A stretch of DNA of 64,000 nucleotides, taken from positions 14,481 through 78,480 of the forward strand of contig NZ_JBLIKC010000018.1 of assembly GCF_047636175.1 (NCBI RefSeq). The letters run 5' to 3'. Made by a program: the position numbers and the translations under genes. The notes under the pieces are model-generated. The model ran no database searches. It was not told the origin of the DNA and saw only the letters and a list, made by a program, of their open reading frames with translations. Positions 42,753 to 51,533 of the stretch are shown one piece after another; the first letter of the stretch is position 1, and every line of letters begins with the position of its first letter. This stretch comes from Zhongshania sp. Its GTDB lineage: Bacteria > Pseudomonadota > Gammaproteobacteria > Pseudomonadales > Spongiibacteraceae.

Positions 42753-43556
42753 ATGTGGTTAAAAACGAGTTGCGATTTATCCTTCGATATTGAAGTGCCC
42801 ACACCGTTTGTATTGATGCTTAGAGCACGCAGTGGCGCCCAGCAATGGATTGCCAGCGAACAGTACAAACTGGCACCCAGTGTTCCTGCATTTGAATTCA
42901 CCGATGTCTATGGCAATCTCTGTCAGCGCTTAGTCGCTCAGCCGGGGTATTTTTCTATACACACTCGCGCCGAGGCAAAGACCGCCGATTTTTTAGACCA
43001 AGCACCCGGCGCGCCGTTCGTTGAAGTTCAAAGACTGCCGGACTCGGTACTCAACTATCTTCTGCCCAGCCGCTATTGCGAATCTGATCGCTTTGGACAA
43101 ATGGCGATGGAGATTACCGCCGGCCAACTTCTCGGCTACAACCAAGTCGCTGCCATTGAGAGCTGGCTGCGCAACAATGTTACTTTCACTCCGGGCAACA
43201 GCGACGTTCAAGTTACTGCAATTGAAATAAACGCGCGAAAGTACGGCGTGTGTCGCGATATGGCCCACCTAGGTATTGCGCTATGTAGAAGCTTAAGCAT
43301 TCCGGCAAGAATGGTAGTAGGCTATTTATATGGCCTGCAACCGATGGATCTACATGCTTGGTTTGAAGCTTATGTGGGCGACCGCTGGTACACCTTCGAT
43401 GCAACCCAGCCCTCTTTAAAAGGCGGCTATGTCGCCATTGGTTACGGCCGCGATGCTGCTGATGTCGCTGTTTACAATCAATTTGGACCAGGGGTCTACC
43501 CTTCCAGCCAAGTGGTTAGCGTAGAGCTTATCAATGAAAGCTCCATCATCGACTAG
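42753..43556 (+). CDS. transglutaminase-like protein
   Basis: Cys-His-Asp triad in GVCRD, HAWFE, FDAT; AGGAG RBS before ATG 42753. Confidence 0.88.
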   Translation: MWLKTSCDLSFDIEVPTPFVLMLRARSGAQQWIASEQYKLAPSVPAFEFTDVYGNLCQRLVAQPGYFSIHTRAEAKTADFLDQAPGAPFVEVQRLPDSVLNYLLPSRYCESDRFGQMAMEITAGQLLGYNQVAAIESWLRNNVTFTPGNSDVQVTAIEINARKYGVCRDMAHLGIALCRSLSIPARMVVGYLYGLQPMDLHAWFEAYVGDRWYTFDATQPSLKGGYVAIGYGRDAADVAVYNQFGPGVYPSSQVVSVELINESSIID

Positions 43557-43598
43557 TCGAGATTCAATGCGGTAAATCGGCTAAATACTGGACACACA

Positions 43599-44450
43599 AT
43601 GCAGCGCTATAACATTATCCACAGAACCTACTACAACTTTTCCGAAGAAGTGCAGCTTGGGCCACACCACTTACGCCTGCGGCCAAGAGAAGATTATGAG
43701 CTTCGCATCGAGTCGTTCTCCCTAAAAATTTCGCCCAATGCTAATTTGCTATGGCACCGCGACGCCGAGGGAAACTCCGTGGCCACCGCCACCTTCGATC
43801 TCCCCGCCCAGCAACTGGTATTTGAAAGCGAGCTCATCATTCAGCAATACAATGAGTCACCGCTTAATTTTATGGTTGCCGATTACGCCATCAATTATCC
43901 CTTTAGTTATTTGCCGGACGATCAAGTTTTGCTGAGTCCGTATATGCAGCTACCCGATCAAGAAACACAGCAAATGATCTCTCTATGGGCGCAAACACTT
44001 TGGCAGGGCGACGAAAAGATTCAGACCTATACTTTGCTACAGCGAATCGCCAGTCATATTTATCAAACCCAAACCTATAAATTAAGAGAAGAACCGGGCG
44101 TGCAAACCGCCAAGGACACCTTGGTATGTGGCACGGGTTCCTGCCGAGATTTTGCCCAACTCTTTATGGATGCCACAAAGTGCATGGGCCTAGCAGCGCG
44201 CTTTGTCAGTGGCTACCTACACGCCCCCGGCAGTGACGCCGCCGGTGCTACCCATGCGTGGGCAGAGGTCTACTTACCAGGCGCTGGCTGGAAGGGCTTT
44301 GACCCCACTATTGGCGAAATGGCCGGCACAGATCATATTCCAGTCGCGGTTGCGCGGCTCTCTAAATCCGTGCCGCCAATAGAAGGATCGTTTAGAGGCG
44401 CGCCAGACTCAAGCTTGGATGTGGGTGTATGGGTGAGTAAATTACCCTAA
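43599..44450 (+). CDS. transglutaminase-like protein with a bacterial N-terminal domain
   Basis: IIHRTYYNF..LRLRPR N-terminus; triad in GSCRD, HAWAE, FDPT. Confidence 0.88.
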   Translation: MQRYNIIHRTYYNFSEEVQLGPHHLRLRPREDYELRIESFSLKISPNANLLWHRDAEGNSVATATFDLPAQQLVFESELIIQQYNESPLNFMVADYAINYPFSYLPDDQVLLSPYMQLPDQETQQMISLWAQTLWQGDEKIQTYTLLQRIASHIYQTQTYKLREEPGVQTAKDTLVCGTGSCRDFAQLFMDATKCMGLAARFVSGYLHAPGSDAAGATHAWAEVYLPGAGWKGFDPTIGEMAGTDHIPVAVARLSKSVPPIEGSFRGAPDSSLDVGVWVSKLP

Positions 44451-45044
44451 TCATCCACAATTTAAAGGCTACTCTGGCATGCAGAATTAACAGTATTGAT
44501 GTGTTTAAACGTAGCTTGGCTCAATGAGCCTGTTGATGATTCGAAGCAATCACTGCGCTCACCATGATATAAATTCCGGTTTAACAGTCTCAATAAGGCA
44601 AAAGAAATAATATAACGCAGGAGTAAAGCCGGCTACTGCATATCGAACACTTTGCTTTCACACCCCCTCCTGAAGCTTGGCACTACTATCTAGGAAGAAT
44701 ACGGATCTATGCTAACTGATGGTGCCGCCGCTCCAAATATATCAATCAAAGCCTTATACGGTGAGGCTTAAATATTAGAGTAAATAGTATTTGGCGGATG
44801 TTCGCCTTGATAATCTTGCACAGCAAATTATTAGCGTGTGCAAAAGCAGATTTGAACTTTGGGCCTATTCAAGCCTTGTTATACGCAATATTTACGCAGC
44901 TAGTGAACTGCGCCAATATTGAAGGAGATAAAAGCACAGTCACCGCACTAAAAGCAGCGGTAAGCTGGCAAAATTAAGTATACTGTTCATCGTGATAACA
45001 GCATTAAATTAAAAATAAAAATTGAATATCGGGGTTATACAACG

Positions 45045-47243
45045 TTGACTAATACACATTCCGCGATATGCCGTGTATGTCCGGCCTATTGCCAAATCAT
45101 TGCCCATGTAGACGCTGGAAAATTAACAAAAGTTACCGGCGACAAAAACGATCCCTATTTCAAAGGCTACACCTGCCCCAAGGGACGAGCGCTTCCTGAA
45201 CAGCACAACAACCCCAATCGCTTACTGCATTGTAAAAAAAGGTCGTCTATCAAGACCTTTAATAACATTGGCAGCGAATCGGCGATGGACGAGATCGCCG
45301 AGAAAATATCAGCCATTATTGAAAAGCACGGCCCGCGCTCAGTCGCCGTTTATGGCGGCACCGGTCAGGTATCTACACCGGTTGCACCCTCAGTAGCCGT
45401 CTCGTTCTTAATGGGCATTGGCTCACCCATGCACTTCACCTCCAGCACCATTGACCAGCCGGGCAAACACATTGCCATGGCAGCTCACGGCCTTTGGGCC
45501 GCGGGTGAACTGGATTTCAATACTGCCAATAGCTGGATTATTGTTGGTGCAAACCCGGTTATATCTAAGGCCAGTGGCGCGCCGGGGAATAACCCAGCTC
45601 AGCGCCTAAAAGCCGCCCAGGAGCGCGGCACCAAGCTCATTGTTATAGACCCTAGAGTCACGGAAACCGCTAAACGCGCCCATATTCACTTGCAGGCGAA
45701 GCCCGGCGAAGACCCCACTATTTTAGCGGGACTACTCAATATTATTATTAATGAAAAGTTATATGACCACGCTTTTATTGAAGAAGATGTAGAAGGCTTT
45801 GAAGCACTTACAAAAAGTGTTGCGATGTTTATACCAGAGTATGTAGCAAGCCGCGCAGAGATAAGTTCGGATCAGCTAATAGCTGCCGCTAGAACATACG
45901 CCTCAGCGGTTGGCCAGAGTGGTCGGGGCGGCGCCGTGACGCTGGGCACAGGCCCAAACATGTCGCTACACGGTAGCTTGAGTGAATATCTCGGCTATTG
46001 CCTGATGTCGGTATGTGGTTACTGGTCTAGAGCAGGCGATAAAGTGACCAAACCCAATGTGCTCACCCCCGCATATATTGCAAAAGCGCAGGCAAGACCG
46101 CCTTATAAGGGCTGGGATTACCCAGAAAAAATGCGGGTTCGCAATCTCAGCAAAACGGCAAGCGGTATGCCGACAGCGGCATTGGCCGACGAAATGCTGT
46201 TAGAGGGTGAGGGCCAAGTAAAAGTATTGATCTGCTTGGCAGGCAATCCAATGATGGCCTGGCCAGACCAGAATAAAACCTATAAGGCCCTGAAGAATCT
46301 AGAATTGCTGGTTGTACTTGATTACCACATGACCGCGACCGCTGAGCTCGCGCATTATGTGATACCACCCAAGCTGTCACTTGAAACCCCGGCTACAACG
46401 CAGTTGTGCGAAGGTAATAAACACTATGGTTATGGTTTAGGTTTTGATGAGCCCTATGCTAGCTATGCCCCCGCGGTGGTAGAGCCACCAGAAGGCGCCG
46501 ATGTTGTAGAGGAGTGGGCCTTTTTCTATGGCTTGGGTCAGCGCATGGGACTGAACTTATTTGTGGCCTCGCAAACCGGTTGGGACAAGTTTCAAGAGAG
46601 CTCCCCTGCCTTCGCCTTTCTCGACATGAAAAACAAACCAACAACAGACGAGCTACATGAACATTTAACGGCGAATGCCAGAGTCCCACTGGAAGAAGTT
46701 AAAAAACACCGTGGTGGTAAAATATACGAAGTGAACGAAGTCGTTCAGGCTAAGGACCTCGCATTTGAAGGCAAGCTGTGTGTTGGCAATGCCATGATGA
46801 TGCAAGAGCTGGCCGACGTCTTTGCAGAACCACCTGCAAGTCAAGAAGCCGCAAATGAATTCCCCTTCAGACTGGTGTGCAGACGCCTAAACTCGGTAAT
46901 TAACTCAGCCGGTAGAGAGCTTAAGAAATCATCGGGCAAACAATATAACCCAGCTTATATGCACCCCGACGACCTAGAGTGCCTTGGTTTACAAAGCGGC
47001 GACACGGTATTACTGTCCTCCCCTCATAGTGCTATTCGCGGTATTGTTGAACCAGATGGCACCTTATTAAAGGGGATTATTTCCATGACACATGCCTTTG
47101 GCGGCAACCCCGGCGAAGACGATGACAAGGTCAGTGAAATAGGAAGTAACACCGGCCGCTTAGTGTCGGTGGAAAATAACTACGACCCCATTACAGGCAT
47201 ACCACTCATGTCGAATATTCCGGTGCGTGTGGAGTGCATATGA
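45045..47243 (+). CDS. molybdopterin-dependent oxidoreductase (DMSO reductase superfamily), single subunit
   Basis: N-terminal CRVCPAYC..CPKG Fe-S motif, VIDPR, GNPMM, MHPDD; no Tat signal visible. Confidence 0.85.
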   Translation: MTNTHSAICRVCPAYCQIIAHVDAGKLTKVTGDKNDPYFKGYTCPKGRALPEQHNNPNRLLHCKKRSSIKTFNNIGSESAMDEIAEKISAIIEKHGPRSVAVYGGTGQVSTPVAPSVAVSFLMGIGSPMHFTSSTIDQPGKHIAMAAHGLWAAGELDFNTANSWIIVGANPVISKASGAPGNNPAQRLKAAQERGTKLIVIDPRVTETAKRAHIHLQAKPGEDPTILAGLLNIIINEKLYDHAFIEEDVEGFEALTKSVAMFIPEYVASRAEISSDQLIAAARTYASAVGQSGRGGAVTLGTGPNMSLHGSLSEYLGYCLMSVCGYWSRAGDKVTKPNVLTPAYIAKAQARPPYKGWDYPEKMRVRNLSKTASGMPTAALADEMLLEGEGQVKVLICLAGNPMMAWPDQNKTYKALKNLELLVVLDYHMTATAELAHYVIPPKLSLETPATTQLCEGNKHYGYGLGFDEPYASYAPAVVEPPEGADVVEEWAFFYGLGQRMGLNLFVASQTGWDKFQESSPAFAFLDMKNKPTTDELHEHLTANARVPLEEVKKHRGGKIYEVNEVVQAKDLAFEGKLCVGNAMMMQELADVFAEPPASQEAANEFPFRLVCRRLNSVINSAGRELKKSSGKQYNPAYMHPDDLECLGLQSGDTVLLSSPHSAIRGIVEPDGTLLKGIISMTHAFGGNPGEDDDKVSEIGSNTGRLVSVENNYDPITGIPLMSNIPVRVECI

Positions 47244-47249
47244 AACTGA

Positions 47250-47303
47250 ATTTTTCTATGTCACCAGCCATTGGGTAAACGGCTTATCGTGACATAAAAA
47301 AAT
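47250..47303. terminator. inverted repeat after the molybdoenzyme gene, terminator-like
   Basis: ATTTTTCTATGTCAC / GTGACATAAAAAAAT, 15 bp with one mismatch. Confidence 0.5.
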
Positions 47304-47543
47304 CGGTATAAATAAAAACACCAGATAAACTTATTGCCTTAAGCAAGCCTAAGCTTTGGCATCACCTGAATAGTAGTCCCACGCAAAACCAGAAACTGAT
47401 TATTTGACCGCCGGTTTACGCAAAACCCTACGGTCATTCCCTCCCCCCGCCAGACGTTCACTTCGCCTAATTTATACCGTTGTTATTTTTCCTTAACAGT
47501 AGCGAGATTTCATTTTCATTCAATAAAACAGCAAGTGAAATAA

Positions 47544-50096
47544 CTACTTTTTGAGAATCTTTATGACCCCGCCAGAGATGAGCCTAGCACTGTCAAATAG
47601 GGCGATGGGCAGCCGAAGTACGCCGTCCTGGCATGCGATATAACGCGGCGTCCATTCAGGATCAAACTTCTCTTTATACTGACGCAAGCCCTCAAAATTA
47701 TAAAATGCCTCGCCATGGGAAAAAATGAGATGCCCAATTTTGTGCCAAATTGGCGCCAGCGCACGTTTCTCCAGGCCTGATAATGGAGCCATGCCAAGGC
47801 TAAACCACTGATATCTCTGCGCGCTGCCCCAAAGCATCAGTTCGACGAATAAGTAATCCATGATGCCTTTGGGAGCGGCAGATGAATATCGCATTAGGTC
47901 AATCGACAGCGATTTACTCGCAGACGCCGGCCAAAGATTTGCAAATACAACAATGTCGCCATTGACCCGCACCACCGCACAATCAAATCGACAAATATAA
48001 GCCTCGGTAAATGCGCCAATCGAAAATGATTTTTCAGCTGCCGACTTCTCAGTTAACCAGGCATCAGAAATACGCAGCAGTTCGGGGTAAATATTCGGCA
48101 CAGTCTCTTTTGAAAGCACCTCAAATACCGCACCGAGCTTCTTACCTTTATTATAAGCTTGGCGCAAATCGGCGCGTTGACTCCCTTGCAGAGAAAAGTC
48201 AGCAAGGCCAACTTGTGCATTCTCGCCAATTTTAGCCAGCGTCATACCCATATCAATATAGTGAGAAAGGTTTACCCCAGATACCTGATAGAACACTGGC
48301 CTACCACCGTTCTGGTCTACCAACTCGCGGAATTGCCAGAGTAATTCTTGATGTGTAGACGTCGGGCCAACGGGATCACCCATCGTTATCCAGCTATCGC
48401 CACTAATTTGATACATGATAAATGCACTTTGATCCGCCGACCAAAATATACGTTTATCCCCTAGCAGTGCGACATTAGCCTCTGGGTCGGTAATATTGTT
48501 GAGAACCGCGCCCAGCTTGTCGAAATCGAGGTCCAAACTTGACGGCATATTGGTCACACCGCCTTTTAAGATCTTCCAAAAAGCAAAACCTGCTAGTGCT
48601 AGGGCGACCACAAAGGAGGCGCGCAACATGCGTGGTGCATCAGCACTCGTCGCAAACTGCCACCACAGTTGATTAGAATATACGATGTGGCGATTACTAA
48701 GCAGACCCACCCAAGCAGTCACTATAAAAACCAGAACTATTGGTAGTAGCCAATCTATGCTTAAACGCTGGGCGATTAGGGCGCCTTTACGATAAAACGC
48801 TTCTCGGCATAGATACAAAGTAAAACTAACCACAGCAAGGATCATGGCTTCTTCGTAATCGAAGCCTTTTGCCAATGACACGGCAATACCCATCAAAAGC
48901 ATAACTAAAGCTGCGATGTAAGCACTATGGAGGCGGCGGAACAATCCGTGCGCCATAATCAGCAAGCCTGCACCAAGCGCGCTACCAAGCAAGTGAGACA
49001 ACTCGAGCGCGGGCAATGGAATTATATTTAAAACAATATGCAACCTAGATTCAACAGCGGGCATGGAGCCCGAAATTAGCAATACGGTACCGGCAAGAAA
49101 AACCGTCATACCAAGAATCTGCGGTACAAGTCCTGTAAGCCAGCTCAAGATATAGGCTGCGGGACGTTTTATTTTATCTCGGTGTGCCTTCAGTTCACTC
49201 ACTAACACCAAGATCAAAGCGATCAAGAACGGCACCAAATAATAAACCAGTCGATAGATCAGCAGCGTACTTAGCAAGATATTGCGATCTATTTCCGGAA
49301 GCGCCGCAACAACAACCGCCTCAAAAACCCCAATGCCTCCGGGGATAGTACTAAGTAAACCCGCAGAGATGGCCAGCAAGTATATGCCGAGAAATTGCAA
49401 AAATCCGATACTCAGATGCGAGCCAAGCAATACATACAGTGTCGCTGCGGCCAACAATATATCCGCTATCGATAGCCCAAGCTGGCGCGCACACAATCTT
49501 GGCGTGGGCATTGCAAACTGCCAGCCGCGAAATGTTATCGGCTTGGGAACTAGCGCAGCAATAGCGCCATAAGCTAGCGGCGCGGCCAGCAGCAAGATAG
49601 CAACAATGTGCACAACTGACTCGGAGATCTGCAAAATCGCCACCTGATCAGCTGGCATAGCCCATAGAGCGACACCGAGCAGAAATGACATACCAAGGGT
49701 AAAAGTTAGGCCAACAAATACAATTACAGATGCAATTTGGGCTCCGCTCAAACCCAGCAAGGTATAGGCTCGGTAGCGGATTGCGCCACCCGACAAGGTC
49801 GCCAAACCGACATTATGACCGACCGCAAAAGCAGTGAATGCGGGTATTGCGATACGTCGATAGGGTATTGATTTATTAATATATTGAAAGGCCGCAGCGT
49901 CGTAGCCGGTAAGAACAATATAGCCACAGATCGCGCACAGGGCTGAGGCCAGCAATGCCGGCAGAGGAATAACGCCAAGCTGGGAATACACTGTGGCCCC
50001 GCTAATTCCACCTAACTCGCGGTGTAAAAACCATAGCGCAATCGATAAAAAACTAATACTAAAGACGGGTCCGATAAGATAGCGCGGATTTTTCAA
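47544..50096 (-). CDS. mprF: bifunctional aminoacyl-phosphatidylglycerol flippase/synthetase
   Basis: Multi-TM N-terminus with PGGIGVFE and YRLVYY; C-terminal synthase with IDLMR, FSLGMAPLSG, FYNFEGLRQYKEKFDPEW. Confidence 0.92.
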   Translation of the reverse strand: MKNPRYLIGPVFSISFLSIALWFLHRELGGISGATVYSQLGVIPLPALLASALCAICGYIVLTGYDAAAFQYINKSIPYRRIAIPAFTAFAVGHNVGLATLSGGAIRYRAYTLLGLSGAQIASVIVFVGLTFTLGMSFLLGVALWAMPADQVAILQISESVVHIVAILLLAAPLAYGAIAALVPKPITFRGWQFAMPTPRLCARQLGLSIADILLAAATLYVLLGSHLSIGFLQFLGIYLLAISAGLLSTIPGGIGVFEAVVVAALPEIDRNILLSTLLIYRLVYYLVPFLIALILVLVSELKAHRDKIKRPAAYILSWLTGLVPQILGMTVFLAGTVLLISGSMPAVESRLHIVLNIIPLPALELSHLLGSALGAGLLIMAHGLFRRLHSAYIAALVMLLMGIAVSLAKGFDYEEAMILAVVSFTLYLCREAFYRKGALIAQRLSIDWLLPIVLVFIVTAWVGLLSNRHIVYSNQLWWQFATSADAPRMLRASFVVALALAGFAFWKILKGGVTNMPSSLDLDFDKLGAVLNNITDPEANVALLGDKRIFWSADQSAFIMYQISGDSWITMGDPVGPTSTHQELLWQFRELVDQNGGRPVFYQVSGVNLSHYIDMGMTLAKIGENAQVGLADFSLQGSQRADLRQAYNKGKKLGAVFEVLSKETVPNIYPELLRISDAWLTEKSAAEKSFSIGAFTEAYICRFDCAVVRVNGDIVVFANLWPASASKSLSIDLMRYSSAAPKGIMDYLFVELMLWGSAQRYQWFSLGMAPLSGLEKRALAPIWHKIGHLIFSHGEAFYNFEGLRQYKEKFDPEWTPRYIACQDGVLRLPIALFDSARLISGGVIKILKK

Positions 50097-50379
50097 GTTA
50101 TAGGATCACCTGCTGCAGACCAATTGTGCCGGCGGCCATATAGGAGAATAGGGCCATAAATTTTTAACGATTTAAGCAAGTCAAAGAGGGAAGGCTCAAA
50201 GTCGATAACAATAGCACGGACACATAGTCAAAACGTCAATTCACGCCGCTCGCTATATCCACTCCAAAGAGAAATATCAATGACGTCAAAATAACGCCCT
50301 AATACCCTTAGGGGTAAATTATCAACCGGGCTTTGAGACAAGGTGTCTGTTTAGTGACGCTGCTTTTGGTGCTGCACAA

Positions 50380-51500
50380 ATTATCACCGCCTTCAAACGA
50401 TCCGCTATGGCTTCGACCTTCGTTACGCCTTGTCTTGGGGACATGACAACGTGCTAACCGCCGGCACAATCGCTTATCTAGGCGACAACCCGCGCACCCG
50501 TCATATCAGCAATGACATTCGCTCCAGCGCACAGAACTCAGCGGATATAGCCTTCAAGCAGGACCGCGTCATCAGCTATAACGTTGTTTTTGTCGAGAAC
50601 CTATTCCGCTTCGGCAAACTTAGCGTGGTGCCCACCATGCGCTTCGAGCGGGTCAATTACGATTTAGCGGAAGTGGTGAAAAATCCGAATCTCAATCGGG
50701 AGGCCATCGACCTAGATCGCACTTTTAATGAAACCCTGTTCGGCTTGGGCCTGATGTACCAGACTAGTGAGCGGTCAGAAATATACGCCAACTTCTCAGA
50801 ATCTTATCGCCCGCAGCGCTTCGACGATCTGATCAACCCGGCATCGGAATTAGCGGGTAGCAACAACCCCAGCGTATCGCGCGCGGTCAACTACGAGATC
50901 GGTTATCGCAGCCAAGCGATTGATAATCTGGTTCTCGATATCAGTCTGTTTCGCATCGATTTCGAAGACAAAGTCGAGCAGATCCAAGTGACTGTCACCG
51001 ACGTTGAAAGGATAAATAGTGGCGACTCGCGCCATCAGGGTTTGGAGTTTAGCGTAGAGTACGACCTGCTACCGAGCATCTAGCGCTCACTGAAGTTGTT
51101 CGCCAACGGCTCTCTGCTGGATGCCGAAATAAGCAATAGCTTGAACACCAGCCTGATTGGCAACAGCACTGCATTCTCGCCCGAACATTTGCTGCGTACT
51201 TGCTTGCTGTTCGACAGCGAAAAGCGGAACGCCGCTCTTACCGCTACCATCGTAGGTGAACAGTATTGGCAGGACTCCAACCTAGCCCGTGGCAGCGGCG
51301 CCAATGAAGTCGCTGCCAAGATTTCAGGCTATGAGGTGCTGGACTTCAGCCTCGAATATGAATACAGAGAACAGTGGAGCTTGTACGGCGGCATCAACAA
51401 TATGTTAAACCAAGACTACTACAGCCGCGTGCGGGCCGACGGTATTGAGCCAGCTCAGGAGCGGACCTTTTATATGGGGTTCCGCTTCCAGATTCGCTAG
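50380..51500 (+). pseudogene. C-terminal half of a TonB-dependent receptor (FecA-like) with a premature stop
   Basis: Barrel strands (IYANFSESYRP, NYEIGYR, LYGGINNMLNQDYY, terminal FYMGFRFQIR); the two ORF-track pieces share one frame and are separated only by TAG 51081-51083; no signal peptide or plug upstream. Confidence 0.85.
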
Positions 51501-51533
51501 CGTCTCAGCTACACGCTATCCAATGACAGGGCC

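Noticed and set aside
44451-45044. 594-nt gap that might hide an eroded gene or sRNA
   Set aside because: Short peptides found in the frames I read match nothing I recognise, and there is no convincing structure
45045-47243. Steroid C25 dehydrogenase or ethylbenzene dehydrogenase-like enzyme
   Set aside because: Those enzymes have a Tat-exported alpha subunit plus beta and gamma subunits, none of which is seen
47375-47445. ACGCAAAACC twice (47381, 47418), resembling a c-di-GMP-I riboswitch
   Set aside because: The GAAA-capped stem does not pair properly, and there is no downstream gene on the plus strand (it faces the mprF 3' end); an Rfam RF01051 scan would settle it
51081-51083. Programmed amber read-through in the TonB receptor
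   Set aside because: The gene also lacks its entire 5' half, so a nonsense mutation in a dead gene is the simpler explanation
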